Below are positions 25,988 to 38,019 of a DNA stretch of 64,000 nucleotides, piece after piece. The notes under the pieces were generated by a model. The model was given only the letters and a program-made list of their open reading frames with translations. It did not search any database and was not told where the DNA came from. The position numbers and the translations under genes are program-made. Positions within the stretch are counted from its first letter, which is position 1. Each line of letters starts with the position of its first letter. Source of the DNA: Batkoa obscura (lineage: Eukaryota); assembly GCA_030770535.1 (NCBI GenBank), contig JASVEC010000011.1, positions 930,001 through 994,000 on the forward strand. The letters are read 5' to 3'.

Positions 25988-27696
25988 ATATAATATTTTG
26001 AATTTAATTTGTTCATTTTATTTGGCGCAAGATTTAAAAAATTACTAGTTAAAATTAAAAACAAAAAAACATTTCCAAATATTAAAATTTAAAATATTTT
26101 AATTTTTATCAATTTTCCCAATAACTTATATGTATTTGTAGCTTTTCTTTTATACATAGTAAGTTTTGATTTAAGCTGGTGCTATACCTGTTTAATTAAA
26201 TTGAGGTTAAGGGTTCAAGAAAGCTAATATTTAATATATTAATGTTATTTTTTTAATCTATTTTTTAGCTAATTTAACATAATGTTTCAGGTTATTATTT
26301 TAAAAAATTATTTTTTCGAATTTAGATTATAATTTCCTACAGTATGGTGAAATGCTGTACTAAAAATATTAATACGTTTTTTAACATTTATTTTGCTTTA
26401 GAGTATTAGACAATTATGTTTAATTTTACAATAAAAAAACAATTCTACATTATCGAACTTTTTTTATAATTAAATAATACAGTAAAGTTTTAAAAAGTGT
26501 TTTTTTGCTTTAATATAAATTAAAACTATCAAAATTTTAAATTTTTATTTCTATTTTATTATAAAATATTATTTTTTTATAATTTTTAATAATTCAGTTT
26601 TTATAATTTTTAGCTTATTATAATTTTGTTTTATAATGTTTATATGATAAAAATAGTTTTTCTTGACATTACAAATAAAATCTATTGATCTTGATAAAGT
26701 ATTACAGCTTTTTTTATTAATAACATATTTAATATTTGTTAATTTTATATAATTTTTTATTAATTAAAGTTTTATTAAATATTTTTCAATTTATTAAAAA
26801 TTTAGTGTGTTTAGTAATAATAACAGCTTTATTTCCTTTACTCCGCTTTCTTCATAAAAGGTATTTCTTATGATAAATACTAACTATTGGTTTTATACAT
26901 TTAATAATATAAAAGTATATTCAAAAAAAAGTACCTTTTTATAATAAAAACTTAATATTTACAACTCAAAAAAAAGTGAAAGAAGCATGATTAATAAAAT
27001 TATAGCTATTTTTTTATAAGTTTTTCTAGTTTGTTAATTTGTTATTTATTAAATTATTACAAATGCTTTTAAACATTTATAGCTGTTATTGATAAAGTTT
27101 TTATAATATATACACAGAAAGGTTAATAAACTTAATTTTTTTAGCTATTTAATTTTAAATAAAATCTATTTAAAAAGTTAATATTAAACAAAAATCATTG
27201 TTCATATTATTAAAATCGTTAATAAATAAAGATTTTGATTACATAAATTCTATTCTTGTGTTTTTGTTATACATTAAAATAAGTATGTAGAAATTTTGGA
27301 TTTGTCCGAATAAATTTGGCAACTACTATACTTTAGTTTTTTTAAAATTTTAAAAAAAAAAAAATTCCCAAGTGGCTTATTATTATAAGTAAGAAAATAT
27401 AAAAATAAATTAAATGGTAAGCGACATTAGGAAAACTCGAATGAAGATTAAGGAGGTAAGACGTATTATGAAATTAATGGAAAATCTTTACAGTTTTTCT
27501 ACTTCGTGCTTTTTTAAATATGCAAAAAAATTTGAAAACAAGCAAACTAATTTTGGCTTGTTACTAAGGTTTTCTACTCGAATTTAGCAACTATTCGACC
27601 TTATTTTTGGTCACTCAAAAGCTATCACACCTTTTATACTTTGTATAAACTTAAATCTTTAATTTAAAAGTATAAAATTGATTTCTAAATACATAT

Positions 27697-27793
27697 GGTG
27701 ATGTATTTGTATTTAACAATTTTGTTAACAATTTTTTCGCTCAAATAGCGCTTGAAAGATGGAAAAAGTGATGAAGCTAAAAAAAACATCACC
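27697..27793 (+). mobile_element. ~97-bp MITE copy 3
   Basis: GGTGATGT...ACATCACC termini, ATAT flanks. Confidence 0.85.
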
Positions 27794-28261
27794 ATATGAT
27801 TACTTACATATGATATAAATGCAAAAAACACCATTTTTTAATTATTAAGCTTTGTAAAAGTATCATTTTAATAATTTAATAGGCTTTGAGGCAATTTTTT
27901 GAGCGCATTATAACTGAACTTAAATTTGAACCTCTAGTAAAAGCTTTCTATGCCCCTTATTTTTAAAGTAATAACTTTATTATTTTATATATATATATGT
28001 AAAAAAATAAAAGCAATATAGTACAAATCCTAATTTATTTGGCCATTTTGCCTATTTTCAACTTTTTTTTATTACAATCCTAAAAGTGCGCCAATAAGCA
28101 GAAACAATCTTTTAAATTTAGTTGTATGATTCATTTGTTTTGGATATCATTAATTTATGGATAATATAAACAGTGGATTAAACAAATAACAGTAGCTATA
28201 TATACATAAATACGATTGGGATAGAAAAAAACTATCTCATATTTCTATTGAAGTTATCTCT

Positions 28262-30229
28262 ATGTTTATTAAAGATTTATTTCCTTTGTGGTTATCTCTT
28301 GTACTTTCAATTTTTTCCAATGTTCAGAATGCCCAAATGTGGGGTAGCCTTTTAAATAAAAAGAATGATTATCGTATTGTAGATAAAACCTATGATTACA
28401 TTGTAGTAGGTGGTGGTTCGGCTGGTGGTATGGCAGCAATAAGATTGGCCAAGTATGGGTTTAAAACTTTATTGATCGAAGCAGGTCCTGAGCCAGAAAT
28501 TACCTATAACATTAGTGTCCCAGCATTTTCACCAAGGGCATCTGAAGATGAGAAGATATCATATGAGTTCTTTGTCAAACATTACGCTGAATCCACCAAT
28601 TTGAGGCAAAATGTGTTTTATCCAAGGGTTGGTGCACTTGGTGGATGTTCTATGCATCATGCTCAAATTGCTGTTTATCCACAAAGTCGTGACTTTGAAA
28701 TGTTGTATCAGTTAACTGGTAATCCAGTATTCAAAGAGGCAAACTTTAGAAACAAATACTTCAAACCAATGGAAAGAAATCAATACCCGTTATTTTTTAG
28801 TAATAGCAATGACCATGGTTACGATGGCTGGTACCCAACCTCTTATATTGGGTACTTGAGATTAATCTCTGCCGATTTTTCATTAGTACAAATTTTGGCA
28901 TTCTTGGGTGGTGATTCTTTCTTTGATATTAATGGTTATGACAGAAACAATAGAACTCAGCTTATGAGTGAAAAGGAAGGCTTGTTTCTAATTCCACAAG
29001 CTATAAACAATGCCAATTTCACCAGAATGAACTATATACTTCAATTACAAGCTGCTCGGGCCTTTAACAAATTAACTATACTTACTGATACTTTAGCTAC
29101 TAAGGTTTTATTTGATAAGAACAAGAAAGCTACTGGTGTTGAAGTCAGACATGGTAGCTATCTTTATAAAGCATCACCATTATATAAACAAAGTAATTTT
29201 GATAGTTCAGTAAAAAACACTTTCTTTGCAACTAAAGAAATCATTATTTCTGCCGGAGCCTTTAATACTCCTCAATTATTGATGTTATCTGGTGTTGGTG
29301 ATGCTGATGAGCTCAAAAAATTTAACATTGACGTTGTTTCGGATTTGAAAGGAGTAGGTAAAAACTTACAAGACAGAGATGAGATCCCTTACATACTTAA
29401 TTTAAATAGCGATCTTAACCTGTTCAAAGACTGTAAATTTGAAGCTGATTACGATAATGATAGATGTTTCAGAAATTATATCAACTTTAAAACCGGTCCA
29501 TACACAGCTGCTTCTGGAATTAGTGGTGAGACTTATAAATCCTTACCGGGTTCTAATGCTGCTGATACTTTTATTATTAACACTCCTATATATTTCTATG
29601 GTTACTTTAAAGGTTATTCCCAAGTGGCTGCTGATAATCCTCACTATTTCGCAAGGTTGATTTTAAAAGCTCGTACTAAATCTCAAGGTTACGTCAAATT
29701 AAGATCAACAAATCCAAATGATACCCCAGATGTCAATTTATTAAAGTTTAACATTGGCGGTAAAGAAGATCTTACTTCATTAGTCAATACTATTGAGTAC
29801 ATGCGTAATCAAACTAAAAAGTACCTTGGAGATTCCTATGAAGAGGCATTCCCAGGAAAGGAGATTAAAACTAGAGATCAAATTGCTAAATGGATCACTG
29901 AAATTACTTGGGGACATCATGTATGCTGTACTGCAAAGATCGGATTAGATAGCGATAAGATGGCAGTACTTGATAGTAAGTTTAGAGTACGTGGTGTTAC
30001 TGGATTAAGAGTAATGGATATGTCAGCTTTACCAGAGATCCCTGGATTCTTCCCTAATCTCTATATTCATATGTTAGGAAACTACATTGCTGACCAAATT
30101 TATGAAGAATCTCTTGGTAGATCTTCTAACTTTTCTCAACAGCCAAGTACAGAATTGTTGAATTCTATCAACAATAATACTAATAATGAAGAACCTTTTG
30201 ATCCTTTAAATCCCGTTATTGCTAATTAA
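28262..30229 (+). CDS. Secreted GMC oxidoreductase (copy B, tandem paralogue)
   Basis: Same length (655 aa) and motifs as copy A, with long identical nucleotide tracts. Confidence 0.95.
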   Translation: MFIKDLFPLWLSLVLSIFSNVQNAQMWGSLLNKKNDYRIVDKTYDYIVVGGGSAGGMAAIRLAKYGFKTLLIEAGPEPEITYNISVPAFSPRASEDEKISYEFFVKHYAESTNLRQNVFYPRVGALGGCSMHHAQIAVYPQSRDFEMLYQLTGNPVFKEANFRNKYFKPMERNQYPLFFSNSNDHGYDGWYPTSYIGYLRLISADFSLVQILAFLGGDSFFDINGYDRNNRTQLMSEKEGLFLIPQAINNANFTRMNYILQLQAARAFNKLTILTDTLATKVLFDKNKKATGVEVRHGSYLYKASPLYKQSNFDSSVKNTFFATKEIIISAGAFNTPQLLMLSGVGDADELKKFNIDVVSDLKGVGKNLQDRDEIPYILNLNSDLNLFKDCKFEADYDNDRCFRNYINFKTGPYTAASGISGETYKSLPGSNAADTFIINTPIYFYGYFKGYSQVAADNPHYFARLILKARTKSQGYVKLRSTNPNDTPDVNLLKFNIGGKEDLTSLVNTIEYMRNQTKKYLGDSYEEAFPGKEIKTRDQIAKWITEITWGHHVCCTAKIGLDSDKMAVLDSKFRVRGVTGLRVMDMSALPEIPGFFPNLYIHMLGNYIADQIYEESLGRSSNFSQQPSTELLNSINNNTNNEEPFDPLNPVIAN

Positions 30230-31185
30230 TTTTTAAGATTAAAGTTTAATTAAATGGTTTTAATTTTTTAGTTCTTTTATAAATATAGGCTTTATAATTA
30301 AAACATTTTCTATACTGATGGTCAAGGTACTTTACATGGTTCAATATCTATTTTTTTTAATAGTCGCCCAACTTAAAAGTTTATAAACTTTGATCTTATA
30401 ATAAGCATTGACTTATGATTTGTTTACTTTTGCATATTAAAGCTTAAATTCTATAGAGGTATTAAATTAAAATATGTGATTACAAAACTACTTTGGACTA
30501 TTTTCAAGCAGTTGTAAATTATAATCATCAAATCATTTTTTAAATATATAAATATGAAATATAAAAAAAATAATATTAAAGAGTTGAAATAACAAAAAGA
30601 TAAAAATTTAATTACCTTCGAAATTTATATAATATACATGGGTTAGTTTAAAAACTCAGTTCAAATTTTGTCCAACTTTAAAATTAAAATATTTTTGTAG
30701 CACTTGGTGCTTAATTTGCAATTCTCAAAATCAAAATCAAAATCAAAATAACTCACATGTTAGGACGTTTTTTATCCAGTTTTACTCGGTAATTTTTTTA
30801 AATTTTACGCTACATCAATTGAACAAAAAAAGTGAGTTGAAAAATTTTATTTTCAATTTTAATGGGCTTTTAAACTTACCCACATACACAATTGCTTGTT
30901 GTAGTGCTCTTTTGTAAAATTTAACTAATATGAATAGCCTTGTCCACTTTTTAGGTCTAATTTAAGAATAGTATTAAATTTTCAAATAAATAGTATGTCG
31001 ATGAAATAAATAAGCATAATAAAAATTTATAATCTTAATATCTTATAGGGATATTGTTTTAAATTCTTTATATCTAAACCACAAAAAAATCATAATCGTT
31101 TACTTTATTTTTATTTTACTCAATATTCCACATAAATAATAGCTTTAGGATAAATTAAGGTTAATTACACACTTTTTGGTTTCAA

Positions 31186-31278
31186 CCAATCAAGAATTAT
31201 TTAGCTAACAATCAGATAGTATTTGCTAGTGAGCCAATCAAATTCGAACCCTTGGTGTGAATCTATGCTAGCCAATCA
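31186..31278 (+). promoter_or_regulatory. Cluster of CCAAT(CA) boxes upstream of ATP7
   Basis: CCAATCA at 31186, 31234 and 31272, plus a variant ACAATCA near 31208, all within 170 bp of the ATG. Confidence 0.6.
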
Positions 31279-31353
31279 ATAGATCGACTTTCTATTATGG
31301 GAGCAAGCAACTATTATAAGACCAACTTTTTTATCCAACAAAATTGAAAAAAA

Positions 31354-31964
31354 ATGTCAGCCATCAGCCGTATCAATTGGTCCAAATTAAGTGGAGCATT
31401 AGCCAGTCGTCAAAACACTCAAGGTGCTTTGATCAATTTCCGTAAACAATACGATGATGTCAAACGTCAACTTGCCCAATTAGAAGAACAAAAGGTTAAC
31501 GTGGACTTTACTCATTACCGTAAGTTACTTAAAAACCAAAAAGTCGTTGACCAACTTGAATCTACTTTAAAAAAGTTCAAGCCAGTTGCTTATAACCTCC
31601 AAGCTCAACAAAAAGTCATTGAAGCTTTCGAAACTAAAGCTGTATGTTTATTTCATAAGATTGATAATTTTATGCTAATTTAAAATTTAGGTTCAAAAAG
31701 CTGAAGAGACCAATGCTCAAATTGAAAATGAAGTTGCATCTCTTAAAGAAACTCTTAAGAACATCGAAAGTGCTCGTCCAGTCGATGAATTAAGTGTAAG
31801 TTTTAACATACTCTATTTTTTGCGCTATTAAGTTTTAAATTTAGGTTGAAGATGTTACCACTGCTATTCCAGAAATTGACCAAAGAGTCGAACAACGTCT
31901 TATTAATGGACAATGGACTGTACCTGGATACTCTGATAGAGTTGGAAATACTGCTTTCTTCTAA
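31354..31964 (+). CDS. ATP7: Mitochondrial ATP synthase subunit d, 3 exons
   Basis: INWSKL, VDFTHYRKLLKNQKVVD, LKNIESARPVDEL, GQWTVPGY. Confidence 0.95.
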
Positions 31965-32175
31965 GCTGAAGCAAGTTAGCTCAGTCATTAAACTGTTTTT
32001 AATATTAGTTGTATTTTTTCTGAGATTATTTTTTAACTATTGATTTGAATTTAGTTTGTTCGAGAAAGCAAAATACAGTTTATGTTTCATTTCTAACTAG
32101 ATAAACTTATAGAACATAATTTATAAAAAAATTAAAAGTAGAAACTTTTATTTTAAACATCTATTTTTGATACTT

Positions 32176-34647
32176 TTACAACCCAATGGAATAAGCCTCT
32201 CCATTAAAATTATGAATATAGCTATCACTGTTATTAGTAACTAACCATTCATACCATACATAGTTTCTATGTGATCTTCTCCATATTTTCATCTCAAGTG
32301 GACGGCTGACATCACTAATTAAAAGTGGCTTTCTTAACGGAAAGTAAATTGGGAACCAAGAAAACATATCTGGAGAATGAGTATCAGGATGAATAGAGCA
32401 TAAGATATTTTTATATAATCTAGCTTCAAAATAACCTGCAAATCCATGAACTACTCCTGCCTTTTCAAGGTAAAATTCAAGTGCTTCTTCTCTTTGATTA
32501 TGTTTATTTTTATCTATTAAAAGTTAAACATATCAAATATGATTATAAACTATATTACCTTCTGATTTATGATTGGGATGCTCAAAAGTCCATACCTTAA
32601 TAGGTTTTGTTAAATGACGGATCTTTTGAAATAATACCACATAAGGTACTTCGAATTTTTTAGGGTCATTAAACTTAGTAGTATCATTATATAACTTAGT
32701 ATTTGTAACTGGAGCTAAATAAGAAGTATAACTATATGGAATAGAAATACCAGTTTCTATAAATTAATTAATTAATTAAATAAAAAAGAATTCAAATTCA
32801 AATTTACCATTTAATAAATTTTGGGCACCATCAATACATTCTGGTGATAACTCATTATCCCCAAATGAGCCTAATAATTCGGTCACTAAAATATCGGCCT
32901 ACAAATTTTCTAAATAAAACTATTTATTGATTTATTATCTATTTACCTTTTGTGGTAAGTTAGATACTCTCATATCACCAAAGTATATATCTACTTTATC
33001 TCCCCATTCTAATCTTTTTCTATTTTGTAAACTAAATAAATGTAAATATAAATATTTACTATTAGATTATTATATATTTTTGATTCTACTTACGTTATAT
33101 AGGCATTAGGGTTCTTTTCCAAAGCATATAATTGAATTGGTAAATTACTTTTTTCAGATGCTTTTAAGCATCGATCCACAAGTGGACCTCGACCTGCACC
33201 TGCAACAATAATCACACTAAAAAAAGATAAAGATTGAGGCTAAAAAACAAACATTTTTTACTTACATTGGTTTATCTTTGCTATTACGATCTAATAAAGC
33301 ATGATATACAGCCTAAAAAACAAGATCAATAAAACAAATGATATATTTAAAATAAACTTACTTCTTCATATAATTGATACTTAATAGGATCCTTTTCAAA
33401 AACTTCATAAGTAGCGGATTCTAAGTGGTCCATAAGGGGCTAAAATATTGATAAAAATCTAATTAAAACACGGTAAAGTTTTATTCTTACTTGTAAAGGG
33501 GTTTGTAAATAATCATAATAACCAGAAGCAAAGGCATCAAAGGTATATTGTTCATTACCATCCTCAATTTTGAATTGTACTTTTTTAACTTGTTTGATTA
33601 AATGTTTAATATAATCAAAATAATGACATGTTGTATCGTTGTTCATTTCTAACATTTCTTCACTACGTATCATAAACTTAGCATTAAACTAAAATTACAT
33701 TTTAGCTAAGTTTTATTTATTATTGCTGTATTATTTTTTATAGCTTACTTTTATAATTTCCTTTAGTTCCTTTTGATCTAACTTTGATAATACTGGATAT
33801 CCATTTTTATTCTTTAAAAAGCGTGTTTTTGGTAAGATTATACACTCTATTAACTCACCATGATAATACTCCAAATCAATAACAACATTGGGATCATAAA
33901 CATCCGGTAAAATAAGGGCTAAAAAATGTTTAATATTTTTAACAAAGCATGGCACTAAATCTTTATACCAATATATAGGTCCTTCCCCTCACCAAGCGTT
34001 TGTTTAAATAATTGATAATTGAGCCATAATTCATGATCTGGATTATAATGGATAGGTAGTATAAACTAATAATAACAATTAGTTTATTTGATTTAATTTA
34101 ACATATAATAGTTCTTACTTTAATCCTACTTTCAAATAAAAAGAACAAATTTTTAACTACTTTAGCTAGCAAAATAGCTGATTCCTTACTCATGCTTTTA
34201 TCAAAACTAGGTAAATAAAACGCCCTTATTCCAATATGGATTGCCCATTCAATTTCTTTAAGTAAAATCTAGTGAAAAAATCAATACTTGACTCTATTAG
34301 TGAAGTTATAAGACCTACATTGATCCTATCTTCATTCCTTAACTCATTCTTAAGTTCCATCCCCTTTGTAATTACATATGAAGAATAATCTAACGAAAGT
34401 CATTAGCAATATTTAACTAACCACATTGATATTTATTTTTACTAGCATCAACCAAATTTAATGAGTCAATATCTAAATAATGAATTTCACTTAAGTTTGG
34501 GTATTTAACCTGAGAATGCATATCCAACATTAAATAATCATAGCCATTGTGTTGTGTTGAATAAGATAGATAAGATAAATCTGTTTTAGGACCAGTATAA
34601 TAAAGGCCTATAGCATTCACTTGTTGTTGTGGAGCTGGTTCTTGCAT
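32176..34647 (-). CDS. PRMT5: Type II protein arginine methyltransferase PRMT5/Hsl7/Skb1, multi-exon
   Basis: [68 protein letters not shown]. Confidence 0.96.
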
Positions 34648-35055
34648 CTTTCAATTTTTTTGAGTTTTTGATAAAAAAGAGCTTTGGTTATTTACTAAAT
34701 TAAAGTTAAAATAAACAATTCTAGTAATTTTTATTCACAAATCATTATGGTTTTTAATATGTTAAATTGTGATATGAAGTTATATAGATATTAAATATAG
34801 GATTTAAATACGATTTATAAATTAGCTATTAATCGAATCTTTATTATCCACGCTTGTTTTAAGTTAACAACAATTGTATAAATTTAACTACCACTCTTTA
34901 TAGTGTCCAACAGCTAAAATTTTAAAATCACACTAGTAGCATAGCAAAGGGTAAAAAAACAACCAATAAACTGAACGAATAGACCACTTAATGATGATGC
35001 ACTAACAAAACTAAAAAAAATAGAAAATTTATTTTTTTATCAACTAATTAACCAA

Positions 35056-37455
35056 ATGGCGTCAAGGAAAGTACAAGGTACCCAGTTTAAAATCAACTCT
35101 ATATCAAAAGGTACTAACTCTATTTATTAGCTGAAATAGATAAAGTAGCAAAAAAAATCAATGAAGGTATATCTGAATTCAATGAAATTTTTGTGAAGAT
35201 GGAGAGTGCTCAAAACGCTAATATGGCCCATAAATATGAAGCCATGTTAAAAACAGAAATAAAGAAGTTGCAGAGACATCGTGATAGTATGAAACAATTT
35301 GCTTCTTCTCCAGATGTAAAAGATAAAACTTTTGTAACCGATCAAAGGAGGCTGGTGGAAACAGTAAGTTTTATTATTTTTAAAAAAGTACTAATTTTAA
35401 CTCTTTTAAAAAAGTATATGGAAAAATTCAAAGCGATTGAAAAGGAGATGAAGACGAAAACGTTTTCAAAAGAAGGTTTGATGCAATCTGAAAAGGTAGA
35501 TCCACTAGAAAAGGAAAAGAATTTGACAAAAGGGTGGATACGTGAAGTTCTAGATGAGCTACAGATCCAAATTGATTTAAAAGAGTCCGAAGCTGAAAAC
35601 TTGGGCATCAATAAAAAGAAAAAGGATTTAAATAAGCTAAAAAAATTTGATGAAATTAAGAATAAAGTGGAAAGACATAAGCACCATATCTCCAAACTGG
35701 AACTTATTCTTAGGATGTTGGATAACGAACACCTAAGTCCCGAACAAGTACTTTTAAATTGATTTTTTATATTTTGTTAACCTTTTTTAGATTAACATGG
35801 TTAGAGATGATGTGGAAGCTTATGTAAAACAAGATGAGGTAATAGTTTTTTTGATAACTTGAAATTTGGACTAAAATTATTGAAAGTATGATGATTATGA
35901 AGAGCCAGAGTGGATGTATGATGACTTAAATATAGATGATGAAAACTTATTCGATGTCTCCAAGACTTTAGAAGAACAGGCCTTATACTTAGAAACTAAT
36001 GATGAAGACAAAATATTTTTAGAACCTGAAAAAAAAGTGAAACCAAGCCGATTGCTTGCTAAATCCGAAGACAAAACATCAACGATCAAAGAAAATTCAG
36101 CTTCTAAAGTAGTGGTTGGAAAGAGTGTTTATCATAAACCAGAAGAAGTTGTAGAAGTCAAAAAGAGTATAATACCTACTAAAGAAGTTAAAGAAGTTAA
36201 AAAAGAACCTGAACCAATTGTTGTAGCTAAAAAGGGTAAAGAACTAGTAACTAAGAGTGTGGATGAAGTATTAGAAAAACCATTATCAATGGCTCAAATA
36301 ATTGCTGGTAGTCTAGCAGATTCAAAGGTTACTACTGTGCAGTCTAAGACTACTCAATCGTCTGTAACACCAACACAGTTATCAGCAGGTACTTTCAGTA
36401 ACGCTCTATCACCACAAGATAATTATAACCGCAATACAGTGGAGCCAGCTAAGCCTATACAAGAGGAAGTTAAACCTATTGAAACCATAGAAAGGAAAGA
36501 GGTGCAGCCTAATACCAATGATGTGCAAGCTCAAGTCAAACAACAGAATACACCAACGAGAATCGAGCCAGCTAAGACAGTGGAACCAAGGGTAGCATTA
36601 ACAAATAAAGCAGAGAATCAAGGATTGAGTGGCAAAAATAATCGCCTTGAGACACCAGCTACTAAAATCAATTTCCCACTTTACCTTGATGATCTTAGTA
36701 AAATTTTTCATGAGGCTAGGGATAGAGGTAATATTTTTTTCATTTAATTTAAAACTATCAAATTCAACTTATTTTTAGCTAAGCATTTCGTTGAACATTT
36801 ATCGAAGGTACAGAGTGATATCCCATTAAGTGGTAGACCAGCACAGATAGCTGCAACAGCTCATCATTATTATGAACAGATGTTGGAGGTTGGTATGCGT
36901 CATAAAATTGTTGAGGCTGATTTGGACCCGTAAAGAAGAATTGAAACTTTCAGTTTAAATTATTTTACTTATATTCTTTTTTTAGACCTAGATTTTATAT
37001 TCCAACAGTCCCTTGTGATACCCCAATGTATTACCCATCTCAACCATTAGCAGCGTTGTATGATCCGGCTATTTTTGAACAATTAGATCAAGATACATTG
37101 TTTTTTATTTATTATTTTCAACGTGGGGATCATCGACAGTAAGGATAATTTTATATTAACAAAATGAAATAATCAATTAAAATACTAGATATTATGCAGC
37201 TAAAAAATTATTTGAAACATGGAAATACAACTCTAGGTTTCATTTATGGTATCAACAAGATAAAGAACCGGAAATTGTGGCTAAAGAGTATGAGCAAGGT
37301 ACTTTTGAATTTTTTGAATTCACAACAGATTGGGAAAAAAGACCAGAACAAAATTTAAAGTAAGTGAATGTTCTTTTAATGTAAAATTCTGAACTAGTGT
37401 TGATGATTATTTTTTTAGGATGTCCTACTCAGATGAGGTCTCAAAGTTTAATTAA
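35056..37455 (+). CDS. NOT3: CCR4-NOT subunit Not3/Not5, multi-exon
   Basis: MASRKVQAEIDK, LKTEIKKLQRHRD, MEKFKAIEKEMKTKTFSKEGL, NOT-box DTLFFIYYFQ. Confidence 0.93.
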
Positions 37456-37856
37456 CTTGATTGTATTTTATCTCTTTTCTACTTATTAAACTTCCATTAC
37501 ATTAGTTAAATGGAAAGTTAAAATTATTATTTAAAATCCACTTTATTTTTTTGCTTTTGTTTTGAGTTGATATCTTTTTTAAATTGTAAATTAAAATATT
37601 GAATATTTTATATCAATTGAGATTTTTTTCTTAATTTTGAAGATTTGAAAGTAGAAATTTCATGTTAAAGAAAGTGAGCTACTCTTAATGGTATTTTATT
37701 AATTATTTTGTTTTTTATATATATTTTTATCATTGCTTAATAGTAAATTCAGTTTTGACATTATTTAGTAAATAATTATAATATTTTGTATCATATTAAA
37801 TTCGTTTATATTAAAATTAGATAATTCTAAAAATTTATAAATTGAATTTAAAATAT

Positions 37857-37953
37857 GGGGATGTATTTTTTTGTTTAAGAATTTTACTAACACTTTCCGC
37901 TTAAATAACGCTTGAAAAATGGAAAAAATAATGAAGCTAAAAAAAACACCCCC
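37857..37953 (+). mobile_element. ~97-bp MITE copy 4
   Basis: GGGGATGT...ACACCCCC termini, ATAT flanks. Confidence 0.88.
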
Positions 37954-38019
37954 ATATAAAAAAAAATAAAACATAAAGAATAAATCCGATTTTATAACAC
38001 AATAAAACCATCAAACATA

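Noticed and set aside
24684..29660. Alternative-frame ORFs repeated in both GMC genes (and similarly in both S8 genes)
   Set aside because: Their recurrence is explained by the nucleotide identity of the duplicates.
37765..37974. 69-aa ORF sharing LVKFLNKKIHPHI with ORF 51376
   Set aside because: The shared peptide is the translated MITE, not a protein motif.
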